Below, piece after piece: positions 25,267 through 38,700 of a stretch of DNA of 64,000 bases. The stretch covers positions 101,928,001-101,992,000 of the forward strand of contig OX597816.1 in assembly GCA_951406725.2 (NCBI GenBank), given 5' to 3'. Numbering within the stretch: the stretch's first letter is position 1; every line of letters starts with the position of its first letter. Position numbers and translations under genes: made by a program. Origin of the DNA: Octopus vulgaris. Lineage: Eukaryota. The notes under the pieces were generated by a model that saw only the letters and a program-made list of their open reading frames with translations, was not told the origin of the DNA and made no database searches.

Positions 25267-27258
25267 TTAAACTCACTTTTATTGCATCTCAAGTGTTTGG
25301 AAGTGATATTCACTACAGCTATACTAAATATAGCTGTTTGGAATAATTATTTAAGAAAAGCTATGTTCCATTCTTTTCACTTACAAAGTACAATTCCACA
25401 GAAGTCCAGTCTAGCTTGACAAGTAATGGTGCACCAAGATAAACACATCCTTGTTATAACATTAATCATTATCATTCAAGCTAGTATACTTTCTATTCTT
25501 TTAATATAAATTGTAGTTGTTCAGGCTTTTAAAATTTGCTAATGCAATCCCAGAAAGTGTAAAAAATACACACACAAAAAAAACAAAACATCTCTAACAT
25601 CATCACAGTTACTAGATATATGTAAATGCTTTGGTCAAGAATGTGCTAAAATATCTGCAGTAAAATAAAAATTCACACAATAAGCTCTGTGTGTAGCTTT
25701 GTGTCTGTGTTTGTCCCCTACCACAGCTTGAAAACCAGTGTTGGTGTGATTATGTCCTGATAACTTAGCAGTTTGGCAAAAAGGGACCAACAGAATAAGT
25801 ACTAGGCTTTAAAAAAAGTTTTTGGGGGCAGTGCCTCAGTATTGCCGCAGTCTAATGACTGAAACAAGTAAAATGTAAAAGATACTGACTTCTTTTAAAG
25901 GTACAAAGCTACAAATTTTAGAAAAGGAATTGTACTTGACTTTTATATATTTTATAGATCTTGAAAAGATGCAAGGCAAAGTTAACTTTACTGGGAACTG
26001 ATTTTAGAATGTAGGGCTGTAACTAAATACAGCAAACTATTTTGCCCAATGCTCTAATGATTCTGTCTAGGCATTTACTGATAGTTATTTTGTCAACTTA
26101 GATACTGAAATGGATACTTCTAAAGTATCTATCTAATGTTCTATCTCAATCATCTCCACCATTCATAGATCATTAAGAGTGACAAGGAAAGAAAAAATAC
26201 ATATGCCACATGGTCCTAGAGAAATGGCTACCTGACACAATAGTATACAAACTTTATACATAGATTTTGTTTCTGAATCATTCAGGATGTTTTATAACAG
26301 AACTAATAATTTAATCAGGGATCATGAAATTACTTTACTACTTCATTATAATGTTGCTTTCATTTTCTTATCTCAATACTTAGGGTTAGTGTAAACTGGA
26401 GAATTAAAACTGATGATGATGATTCATTTCTCTATGTCCAAATCTCTTAATGATAACATTACCTTCGATTCTTCTAATGTAAAAATAAGTAGCAATGTAA
26501 TTTTATGTTCAAGTTAGTTGTCTTTGTTAAGGAAGTAATCTGAAGCATTTTTCAAGAGTATCAAAAGAAGAAGGGGTTGAATGAATTTAATGAAGCTACT
26601 ATTATAATAAATTGACATTGTTTTTCAATCCTTCCAGGGTTAATAAAATAAGAACCTGGGACACAATGCCAGTAACACCTCTAAGAAAAGCATGAATGTC
26701 ACAGTCTCATTCACCTCAGCTATAAAACTTATTGATGAGTAATCTAATAAATATTTTGAGCAATAAAGGAGTTCCAAGCTAGCACAATTTTTGGAGGATT
26801 GTCTGTCTCTGAACGAGTGGCCTTGGGAATGATACAGTAGAGGCAGCAGAATGCAGAAAAAAGCATAAGAAGCAATCAGAAATGGAGTTGGAATACTGCC
26901 ATCAAGTCTGCAAGAGCAGAAATTTAAGTTGCAAAAGAACACAGTAAACTGAGTTGTATTGGTAAGTTGATATATCATTTCTTAAGTAAGTGTTTCAACA
27001 AGAACAAAATGAAATTTTATTTATTAAAAGCACTATCATGTATTTAAAAATTAGATTTAAAAAACACTAATCCGAAAAGTAATTATTCCTCTACCCCACT
27101 TCTTTCTTTACTAAATATCATTATTGGTATTTATCAGGTATTTAACTGATTTAGTTTTCAATTGATTTCCTTATGTTTCTTTCTAAGAATATCAGTTCAA
27201 GGCCAATTTTATGAAAGGAGGGTGAACAGTCAACTGATTTGACTTCAGTACACTACTA

Positions 27259-28540
27259 ACAAGGGTGGGCTAGAAAGCTCATAGGCTGACTATGAAGGAG
27301 TGATGTTAGAGCTGTGAAATCATGCATGCATTGATTTCTCCCCTTCTTATTGATAACTAACTGCATTGTTTCTTTCCAGGTAAACTGACATCTGTTGGTT
27401 CAAAGAAGGCTTAAGAAAAAAACTAGTAGCAATTTCCATTGAAAATGGACAAAATTTCACATCATAGTTTTATCAAGTACCTGCAGAAAAATGGTTTAGC
27501 CCCAGTGACATCCATGCAGATATGCTTGCTACATTAGGGGATGACACTCCAATTTTATCAATAGTGCAAAAGTGGGCAGCTGTATTTAGGAGGGGAAGGA
27601 AGAGTCATGAAGATGATCCAAGATATGGATGTACTGCAACTGCCACCACCAAGAAAAACATTGACTGTGCTCACCACATGGTGATGGATGATAAGCAACT
27701 GATTATAAATCAAATAGCCAATGCTATTAGCATATCCTGAGAGAATTGAAAATATTTTGCACAATGAACTGGGCATGAAGGTTTCTGCTTGGTGGGTGCA
27801 ATGTCTCCTGACACCTGATCAAAAGCATACCAGGCTGATCACATCACAGGAAAATCTGGTATTGATTGAGGCAGATCCAACTGGTTTCCGTGAACATTTC
27901 CTAACCCAGGATGAAGTGTTGTCTTCATAACTTTGAGCCAGAAGCAGAGATGATCTATGCAATGGAAACACCCCTCTTCACCAGCACCAAAGAAGGCCAT
28001 GGTTGTTTTACCAGCAGGGATGGTGATGGCCTGTTTTTTGGGGATGCAAAAGGTATTGTGTTTACTGACTATCTTCAAAAGGGACACACCATCAATGGAG
28101 AGTACTATGCAACTTGCTGAAGCAGTTATGAAAGACTATCAAGACCAAACACCCAGGAAAACTGACCAAAGGGGTCTTGTTTCATTAGGACAATGCTCCA
28201 GAGTCCTTGGTTTCAATGGCTTATGTGTGTGACTGTGGCTTTGAACTGGTTGATCACCCTCCCTATTCTCCTGATTTGGCCCCATCCAACTATCATCTGT
28301 CCCCCAACATATAAAAATACTTGGTTGGGAACTAGTATTGCAGTGACGATGACACCATAACTGCTGTTGATGACTGTTTTGACTAACATGATGTAAGCTT
28401 CTTCAGCAATGGGATCTAAGTACTGTAATACCAACAGAAGAAATGTGTGGACCAAATTCTATGTTGAAAAATAAACCACATTTGGTCACAGTCCATGAAA
28501 GTATCTTGGCCAGCCAATGAACTTTTGAGCTGACCCTCAC
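27259..28540 (+). mobile_element. Full-length decayed mariner transposon (DD34D transposase pseudogene)
   Basis: TIRs aagggtgggctagaaagctcataggctg / cagccaatgaacttttgagctgaccctc. Frameshifted transposase with VQKWAAVFRRGRKS.EDDPR.G, SAWWVQCLLT (WVPHxL), FLTQDE, H*DNA and HPPYSPDLAPSNYHL. Confidence 0.9.
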
Positions 28541-29061
28541 AGCATGAAATAGACTAAAATGAGTCACCAAAAAGAAAAACAACTAAGTTGTTTTTAAAAG
28601 CAATACAGTGTAAACATAAAATACCAGCAGTCTAAATTGAAAGAGAAAAAGAAACTATAAACATGACATAATTGACTAATGTAAAGAAACTTAGAAGATC
28701 TTAACTTTTAAAACCCACAAAATGAGCTCTATTGTAAAACCAATTTAAAATAAAAGAGAAGAAATTGATCAATTACTAAACTGAGTATTCTATGTATGCT
28801 AAATTGCTTGTAATAGAACTTCAAACTTTAGGTCAAAAGCAATAAATAAACAGAAAGCAATATATGATATAAAAAAATCTTTATCATGCCAGCATGGAAG
28901 GCTGATGTTAAGCAATGATGATGATGAAACTATTTGTGCCTTTTCTCATAATATCTAGAACAAAACAATACACATATACAAATAGTTAACTGCAAACATT
29001 GGATATTAAAAAAAAAAAAACTGCTGAAGTAAAATCATAAAATTGATATTTTTTAGCAATA

Positions 29062-29257
29062 CAGTAATCCCTCAACTATTGCGGGTGTTACATTCCCACA
29101 GAAATAATTAAAATCCGAAAAAATAGATATACCTATCAACCGCAGAAACCCAGATATACTGAGGAGTCTGCAAAATGAATTTACATATATTAGCCACAAA
29201 AATCCACGATGTACTGAGTGCACAATACGTATACCACGATATGGTGAGAGATTACTG
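29062..29257. mobile_element. Tigger/pogo-type MITE
   Basis: TA TSD on both sides. TIRs cagtaatccctc / gtgagagattactg, with CAGT termini typical of pogo/Tigger derivatives. Confidence 0.75.
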
Positions 29258-29401
29258 TATATGAATTTTATCTAAATAGTTTAATGGTTCTACCTAAGTT
29301 AAACGTAAAATATCTCATTTCAAATTTTAGATGCGTTTGATAAAGATTAAGTCTAATTATGATGGGTACTAACATAAAAAGAAAACAAAAAAATCCCACG
29401 G

Positions 29402-29621
29402 TTCTTGAGCATTGAGATTACTCTGTTGAGTGTAATGTTTAATTATTCACGTTGTTTTAAATTAATCATCTATTACTTAGTTGCTTTGAGATTTTGATGA
29501 TGTGACTGATTATTTTTATAATAACATTGTAGGATAGGTGTGAAAGGCCAGGTCTAGCTGATTTGAACATAAAACAGGTAGAATATTTGGGTTAGATATG
29601 ATCAGTTTAAATGCTAATGGG
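29402..29621 (-). mobile_element. piggyBac-type MITE, family A
   Basis: Reverse complement of the 62508-62728 body. Ends tttaaatgctaatggg-TTAA. Confidence 0.7.
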
Positions 29622-30149
29622 TTAATAGACAAGCCCATTAGGCACATCAGAGACTGTAACATTTACAGGTGACATTAACCTAAAGTGCTGACTTCAAATC
29701 CTGCCATGGGTGTATAGACAAAAGAGACATACCAACAGAAGTTAATACTACCCGGTGCAACAAATATAGTACCCTTGATGATTGATTCATCTCAGAATTA
29801 TTCAAGGCAATGATGATAAACATTAGTTAAAAAAGGCATATCAAAAAGAACAAATGATCAATGAAACACCTGCTTTATGAAAAGTAGATTACACTTTGTG
29901 ATTACACTATTAGTCAGTTTGAAATGTAAGAGGATAAAGTACCTAAATAATTGTTTCTAACATAGACACAATGCCTGAAATTTAAGAGAGGGGGTTAGTT
30001 GATTACATCAACTCTAGTATTTGACCCCAAAGGGATGGAAAACAACGATGATCTTAGCAGGAACTGAACCTGAAACATAAAGTACTGGAGTAAAATTTTC
30101 ATTTTATATGATGTTCCACTGATTCTCCTAAACTGCTGCTGTCACCATT

Positions 30150-30525
30150 ACCATCATCGTTTAATGTCCACTTTCCCATACTTGCATGGATTGTACAGAA
30201 TTTCTTGAGCTGGATTTTCCTCCCTGTCACCAATCCTTGCTTGTTTCCAAGTAAGGTAATATTCCCAATGACCAGACATGTTTTCACAGAAGCTTGGAAA
30301 CAAATGGCACCACTTCCATGGTGATTACATTTGTTTACAACTATAACATGAAGCCAAGGCAAAGGGGCAGTATGCACACACACTTTTTTTTTAGTTTCCA
30401 CTCACAAAGCTTTGGTTGACCCATGTTTATAGTAAAAGACATTTGCCCAATGTACAATGCAGTGGGACAGAACCTGAGACCATGTGGTTGGGAAGCAAAC
30501 TTCCTACCACACAACCACACCTACA
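30150..30525 (-). mobile_element. tRNA/CORE-type SINE with RTE-derived tail
   Basis: (CAT)n-cgtttaatgtccactttcccatacttgcatgg tail, CORE-like aagacatttgcccaatgtacaatgcagtgggac, head accatgtggttgggaagcaaacttcctaccacac. Related copies at 45290-45500 (-), 45490-45845 (+), 49660-50110 (+) and 54240-54900 (-, two copies). Confidence 0.7.
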
Positions 30526-31011
30526 CCTCTATCCTAAATAACATGAAGCATTGATTCTACAAATAGCAGCCACTGAAATATCTTGACAGTACTTTGACAA
30601 TAAAATCCTGTTTTTAAGCCACTTGTACCACCTGATGGTTACATATTAGAAATTAGGCAAATTTTACCCAATTTTTGATATAACAATTAATAGCAATCTG
30701 AACTGATCAATACAAAGCCTCTTGATTCATGAAAACTAGACTACAGTCTAGAAAACTATAAAAAAATATATTCAATAGTTACTTATAAAGGCATTCACTG
30801 AAACAAACTCTAGACAATATATGAATATTTCTGCTTCATAAATCAATTATAATATATTTCTTCATGTGCTCTTGCTTCTTTCTTCTGTTGATGATGGATT
30901 CCCATAGTATATGGGAAATCATTCCATCATAATGTCTTTCAAAGCCAAGTCATTGCTTCTCACAGGAATGCTGCAGTCGTTGGAATTGCACATACCGCCA
31001 TCAACCCTTAA

Positions 31012-31764
31012 TTCTTTAACATTCAAACCAGCCAAATCAGGTCCAAATATTGTACCAGTTTTATGTTCAAACAGGCCAGATCCAACTTTTCACACCTAAC
31101 TTGCAATGTTATTCAAAAAGCAAAACAATCGCACCATCAAAATCTTGAAGTTACAAGATAATGCATATTAATTCAAAACAATGTGGACAAATAAACATTA
31201 CATTTGACATTTGATGAATAGTGTTGACTGTAGTGTTGTAGATGAGGAGTGGCATGTTACTGGTATCTTGAAATTAATTCATGTGAGCATAAACTATGAG
31301 TATCCCTTCAAATTGATGGCCAAGACTTGTTTGGATAACAGTAATGCTGTAACTGCCAATGAATCAAGAAAACGATAGGATAAGCTAGTGTATATATCCA
31401 TCATCATACCCGACACAAGTGTAATTAGATGCAATGAATTTAGTATGGTGCTTTACTGCTTCTGCTAAGTCTACTTCACTTCTTTTTATCAATTCTATCA
31501 CTGTTTGATTTAGTTACGTAAAAGTAGTAAGTTAAATGCCATGACCCTTTAGGATTTAAACAAGCCATATCTGGCCCAAATATTCTACCTGCTTTATGTT
31601 CAAATTGGCCAGAAACAGCCTCTCACATCTACTCTACAACGTTACTGTCAAAATAAACAATTACATCATAAAAATCTTAAAGTTATGAGATAAGGCATGA
31701 TTAATTTAAAACAATGTGAATAAATAAGCATTACATTTGACAGAGTAATCTGAATGATAAAGAG
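31012..31764 (+). mobile_element. Two piggyBac-type MITE family A copies (31012-31210 and 31545-31764)
   Basis: Both share aaatatt.tacc.g.tttatgttcaaa. The second ends aatctgaatgataaagag-TTAA. Confidence 0.7.
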
Positions 31765-32575
31765 TTAAGTGAAAGTAGTTAGATACAAAGCCTCAGATGT
31801 ATAGCTCCCTCCTTAAGGGTATCAGCAATGTAAACATAGTAAAATGGTGGCAACCAGTTATCTTGCTTGGAATTGATCTAAACTTACCAGAAAATTTCAA
31901 AAAATTAAGAGACTCAATAAGATATAATGCAGAAAGGAGTCTTTGGTCCTGTTGTGGTTACCCCCCTTTAAAACTAGTGATCTAATAAAATGCACAGCCC
32001 ATACGATTAAGTGAGGGCAGGAAGGATATCAAACCATAGAAGTCAAGAAGGCTATGCCCCCCCAAACCCAACTAATGTCAGAATGGGGCAATAGCTGTTA
32101 AATGAAGATATAAATAAGTATTTTCTCCTTTTCTAGATTGAAATTATTATATATATATATGGTTAGTTACAGGCATATCTAACCATTAAAGAAATGAACC
32201 AATGAGTGGTACTTCATGCAGTCAGTAGACATGCAAAATACCAAACTTCACTCAAATCAAATCCTACCATCTTGTAGAAGTACTCACTGGGTATGGTGCC
32301 AAGTGTACTATGTCTAGGAAAAAGATGAGCTGGTCATAGCTGGATTACTTTTGATGAATTCTAGGTCCTTTGGTGGTCAAAATTGACCATATACTTGCAA
32401 ATGTATGTACAAGCCTCAGCAAAGTTTTCTGTGGAAGACTGGCAGTTGCCGTTACAGGCAAATCTCCTTTTTCCATGACACTAATGTTGTCCAAAGGAAA
32501 TGCTGAGCCTTAGGGCTCATACAACAGGGTACTAGTGTCTTTGCAGGTTTTGCTGTCAGAACACAAATGACAGGA

Positions 32576-32789
32576 TGTGGAGGCACATGGCTTAATGGTT
32601 AGGGGTTAGACTTATGATCATAAGATTGTAATTTTGATTCCTGGATCACGTTACTCAAATCCACTCAGCTGGCAAAAATGAGTAATCCTGCAATGGACCG
32701 GCATCCCATCCTGGTGGGGAATTTATATGCCACAGAAACAGGCCCTTATGAGTCGGCATGACTTGAGAAGGAAACTTTACCTTTTTTTT
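32576..32789 (+). mobile_element. V-SINE-like tRNA-derived element
   Basis: A-box tggcttaatggttagg, degenerate B-box ttgattcctgg, V-domain-like cctgcaatggaccggcatcccatcc. Approximate TSD acaaatgacagga / acaaatggctgga. Confidence 0.6.
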
Positions 32790-33580
32790 ACAAATGGCTG
32801 GAACTGTTATCATAAGACATACCATTCAACATTCTAACAGTTCTACTCCAGTCAGGTACTTTTCTTTTTATCAGCTCCAAAAATAGGAAGTAAATGTGAC
32901 TATTGGCAGGATTTGAACTCAGTACAGTGCATTAGAACAAATACTGTAAAGCATTCTATCTAACACTCATGACTTTGGTAACTTACTTTTGATAAGTCTT
33001 TTCAATCAGTTCTACTTGAACTAAACACTAACAACCCTTAAAGAAATTTTAATTTTTAATTGTAAAACTGACATATTTAATGAGCATGCACAGAAAAAAA
33101 TTTTCTTGCTATTTAAAAAATAATTTTCTCTCAATTTATCTTTGGAGATTTGCAAGTGATATTGTTTATTTTGGTCCAGAAGGGATTCATTACTGGTTTC
33201 CATAGAATTTTCAAAGTTATTTAGAATGTTAATAAAAATAAAAGTAAAATACATTCTAATGCTTCCCACAAAATAAATATTTCTGGTGTTTACTATGAGA
33301 GTAAATTTCCCTGATGGTTAAATTACTAAATGAAAATTATAACTAGGAAACAGAAATTCAGTTAGACTGATGTTTAACTAAATAGCATTTGCTATTCTGT
33401 TACAAATTTTGTTTCAGTATTACTCTCCTTTTGCTTATCTATCGCTCTCTCTCTTTCTCTCTCACACACACACACACACACACATTTCCATCTGTCGAGC
33501 TGCATGCAGATTTTTTTATCAGTTCTGCAGGTCACATACTCACTAATCGTTGCAATTATGTGTTAGATATTGGAGGAGGA

Positions 33581-33584
<4 letters not shown>

Positions 33585-33621
<37 letters not shown>
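33585..33621. repeat. (TAG)n microsatellite
   Basis: Run of gtagtagta directly visible. Confidence 0.95.
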
Positions 33622-33622
<1 letters not shown>

Positions 33623-36600
33623 TACAGGATGGAAACTCAGTAAAGTTTTAACATTTGAAAATGACAGAGAAAAGGATGACAAGGGCATACACTACAGCTG
33701 TAAAAAGATAGGCAAGTAGACTTGGATCAGAATTTCTGATTTCAGTTTAAGGACATTGCAACTTTGGAAGTGGTATATGGAAAGTAGTTGAGCATCAAAG
33801 ACGTTGGCAGATGTGTACAAGAGTAACAGTTACACATGATGCATGCCATTAGAAAGATACTGCAAGGTATATGTGATTGATTTAAAAGAGCCAAATAAGA
33901 ACTGATTTAGTCAAAACCTCTGAAACTGCTGAGCCTTAATTGATCATATGTAAATGCCTCCTAAGTTATGAGGGAGCTTTTAAGGGCTAGTACTTAGCTC
34001 CAGTTCTGTGAATCATGAGGGAGTGCTTTTCTACAGAATATTATAAGTGTATGCAACAGGTAACATTCCCAGGTGATTTAGTACTTATTCTTAATAGTTG
34101 TATAAACTAAGACAATGGAGGATAAGGTGTTTTATCCACAAGTGCAACCAAATGCAGATTTGAACTTTTGACCTATGAGCAGATAGGTCATTTCATGTCT
34201 ACTGCTGATGTGATAGTACAGAGCAATATAAATTCATTTGTTTCACACAAGTATTGGGAACTGGATATTATGACTATGGTTATGATGTAGATGAAGTAAA
34301 AAGCAAAAAAGTAAAAGTAAATAAATAAAAATCCAAATCATAGGTTTGAGGATAATTTCATAACAACCGAATTCTGTAGGTAATTGGGACAGTTTTAAAA
34401 CATAAGCAGTATTAGAATAAAAATGATATTCAAAATGGTAGCGTGAAGAGAAAATTTGGGTGTTACCTTTTCTAGTCATAACAAATGAATCACAGTAAAT
34501 ATATAAATTGCCTTATCGCATGGAAGTATTGTGGAAAGAGGGGAAGAGTAGTTGAAGACACAACCAATGCTGAAGATAGGACATTGAAAAATTTTTATTA
34601 TCATTTACATTTTCTGCTTCTCTGAGCTACAACCAACATCTGTTCCTTTGAACATGCCAACTTTATCCTGCACCTTAGTATTTTTTCCCCTTACATCACC
34701 CCTACCTTGCACCACATCTTAGATTGAAATTTAAACAAATTTACCCAACCTGTCTTCTCCAGGACTGCATTCATTATTTATCCATATCCACCAGCCTTAA
34801 GTGGGTTAAAGAGAGCTACTGACTCTACTTTTCCTTCTCAAACTACTCAGAACAAAAAGATATCTCTTTTGGCACTCTAACATTTAGAAAAACACGTAAA
34901 AAGTCAGAATTGCCTGAAAATCTATGTGGAATTGTTTCTTTTAAATATCATCTATATTTTGTATCGAAAGCAATTTCTTCCCAATCCATTTCTCACTGTC
35001 CTTTCTCCATATTACACTGTATATAAATATCACATGTCCCATGAGCGTAGTTAAAACTAAACTATTTGTCTATTTCTCTAAATTAGAACTAATCCAGTAT
35101 TGTAGGTTTATTCCACTTCCAACATTATGATTAAAAATAGTAAGTTTTCAGCATAAAGCAGAATATTTGGGCAAGAAATTCTGCAGTTATGATATCATCT
35201 AATAAGTAATCTTTTGTTTTACGAACAAGAAAGTTGGAAACACAACTTTAAAATAAATTTTGAAACTAAAAGTTTATTTTGGAAAACACACACACAGATA
35301 AAAAAAAACAAAAAACACATGTGAGCAGGTAGGGTTTGAGGTCAATAAAATGAATCTGAAATGTACCTAATCAGAATAATTTATGCATGAATGAAATCTG
35401 AAAGTAAATAAATATACTGGATACTAATATCTAATTCATATTTTTTTGTTTTTAAGTTCAAGTCAAATGAAATTACGACATGGGATAACACTCTCAAATG
35501 CAATTTATAAATTATGTGCTCTGTTTATGAGAACTATGCCAACAACCAATTTCAAAGAACATTATTTTACTTGTATTTTATTCCACTTGCTGGTTTATGA
35601 AACAAAAGATTACCTTGTAATGATTTCTGTAGTTTTACTGCATGTTTACTTAAACATGCAGTAAAACTTTCATATACAGTCTTTCAGACTAAAACCTCTT
35701 ACTCTCTATATCTGACCAATTTTTTCTGTCCATACACTGTTTTCAAACTTCTTTTCTGAAAGGTACTGTTTGCATTTATATAGAATCCAGTCTCTCTATT
35801 ACTGATAATAGCTACACATATCTATGAAATTGCTTTGCACTCAACTTCTAAACTCATGAATAACCCTAATACTACAAATTCTAGACCTCACAATTTCTGA
35901 TGATATAATTAGAATGATTTCACAAATACAATATTGTCAAAATTGCACTCCAAAGACTAGGCTGCTTCTTCATGGCCAAAAAATATTTCAGCCCTGATAA
36001 ATTACTGGATACTCTACAAAGCTCATGGTGAGATATTGCTTGTATATATGGAAAGGTACAGCTGCTATACACACATACACACACATCATATCTCAAAAAA
36101 ATTACCACTGAGCTGTTTAGCAGAGACTTACTCAACAACAAACTATATCTGATTGACAGATGTGATGTTTCATCTACTACAATAGCAACAGTCTCTGTTG
36201 GCCTGATCAAACAAGCTACATACCACTTCTGCATTAGCTAATTTATTGCACTGCAAAACTCTGCACTTAACATTTCCCTGACCTTTCCTTAGCAGAGCTG
36301 CAGCTCTTTGAAATTCTTTAGTCTATGTTCTACCTATAGGTGTCAACCTACAAAAGCTTAAATTGAACATCAGGAATATTTATCAAAACATACTATGAAG
36401 ACCAACAAGATATAAATATTGCTCTTCATCCTACTAATTAGCAACAAGTTGGAGCTATTTCATTTTTACATTGCTAATACTTTTAGGAAAACCATAATTA
36501 TTAGGGTAATAAAGATTCACACAGACCAAAATGAAGGAGTTATGTATGGTATATTGGATGTGTATAACAAGAACAAGAGAAAGATGCAAAAAATCAATAC

Positions 36601-37264
36601 AATTAGTACAATATACCTGATATTAAATTGATAATGATGAATGAATAAAGATATAAATAATACTACTGTGAGGGCCAAGTGCAAAAATAAAAGAAGTGCT
36701 GTAAATTAGTAGTTGTTGGTAAATCATAGCAGAAATAGGTAATTATCCACAAAGACTTTGAAGTGGTTAGATCATAGAGAGTTGAATTTGAGGATTTTAG
36801 GAAATGAAAATGTTTTATACAAATGCACAGAATCACAGAACCATCACCAACCTCTGAGTGATTTGTATTTGTAAATAGATAAATATTTTCTTAAATACTC
36901 ATGAAGATTTATTTTTCTACACACACAAACACACATATACACCACCACCACCATCAAGCAGCGGTGACAGAAATAAAACAACTAATGCTCTGTTAAGTCC
37001 CATTTCTAGATAAGTTCCACACATCCTCAACATTCAATGCATATGTTAAGCTACCATGTCATATCACACAAAATAAGAACATAATATAAATTGATTATTA
37101 TATAAGGACAAGGAAAGCAGCTGGACCATCAGGGATAGTCACTGAAAATATCCAAAGCAAGGCATATACTTGGCGTTTAGTCAATCAGATAGCACATTTA
37201 ATGACTGGTATAGAAATAATATCTTCAAGAACTACACAGTCAAAGGAGTGCTCTGGTAAGAAGT

Positions 37265-38700
37265 AACTTGTTTCCTCAGAGTGTGGGACAAATGCCATTG
37301 GTTTTTGTGAACCATTTCTGTACCTACAGCATATGGCCATTTTGAACAGCCCGGGGAGGGCATACACGGTATTGAATATGTCAGAGAATACTATTGACCT
37401 CCATTGTTGATGCTGCCAATGTTGGTGCTGTATAGCCCACTGTAGTCGTCGTTATGTGTTCTGGTAGTGGGTGGATCCAGTACATTGAGATTGTAAGGCA
37501 TGACATGTTCAATACCGCGTATGCCCTCCCTGGGTGTTCAAAACGGCCATACACTGTCAGTCCAGGAGTGCATAGTGGTTCACAAAAACTATTGGCACCT
37601 GTGCCCACATCCTGAGGAAAGCTGCCTCCAGTACCATACAAGTTGTCGGCCTTGGGACCACCTGGTTCAGCCATCTATGAATTTCATCCCATAGGTGTTC
37701 AATTGGGTTCAAATCTAGGCTAACAGCCAGCCACGGCATGGTTCTGATGTTGTGCTAACACAGGAAGTCCATGGTGACCCTGGCTGTGTGGGAGGGAGCA
37801 TTGTCCTACTGGAACACATGGCTACGGTGATGCATGAAAAAGGGCACAATGTGAGGTCTTAGGATCTGGTCAATGTAGCGCTGCACTGTGATGCCATTCC
37901 CTCTGCTTGCACCAACATTCTGGAACACATGGAGCCCAATTTTCTGATTCAGGCCTATAGCACACCAAATCATGATGCTTTGGCCATCCCATGCATCTCT
38001 CTCCATGACACATGCGTCTCTGTAGCGTTCACCCTTCATACGTCTCATGCTCACTCTACCATCCGAGGTGGAAACACAGTACCGACACTTGTCAGAGAAG
38101 ACTACTGACCTCCATTGTTGATGCTGCCAATGGCGGTGCTGTGTAGTCCACTGTAACAGTGGCGGGCAGTGAGGACAAGCTCTCAAACAGGATGACAGCA
38201 ACACAGGTTGCTGGTGGCCAGTCAACGTCATACCGTGTCATTGCTGATGGGTCGCTGTCCAGTCTGAAGCAATCAATGAGGTGTTGCAAGTGGATGAAGC
38301 AGTCCTGCCCAGGCATGGTTACCCAGAGGCGTTCTCAGCAGACACAGTCTGCAGTGCTGTTGGTGTTGTCGTATAGCTGTTGCAGGTGATAGATGGTGCT
38401 GACATGGACATTGTAAGCTTTTGCAACAACCAGGGCATGCTGCCCTGCTGGCAATCAGCCGATAGCTTGTTCTCTCTGTGCTGCTGACATTCGGGTTGTA
38501 CCTGATGCATCCAAATTATGAACACCAGGAACACGGTTCAAATTGATTTTTATACCCATAACCTCCATGAGATGCGAAAGGCTCCATATAAACAGTTGAC
38601 AACACCTTTTACTTAGGTGACCTAATTTAAAGCAAAATAGCCAGAGGGGAAAACAGGTTGGGAAAAGTTTAGGAAACTTTTATCTCCACTAACAGTTTAA
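37265..38700 (-). mobile_element. Decayed Tc1-family transposon with rearranged fragments at its 3' end
   Basis: WRSVVFSDKCRYC, SIMIWCAIG, YIDQILRPHIVPF, FQ*DNA and MPWLAVSLDLNPIEHLWDEI (DD34E Tc1 motifs) in ORFs 37806-38231 and 37557-37739. Confidence 0.88.
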
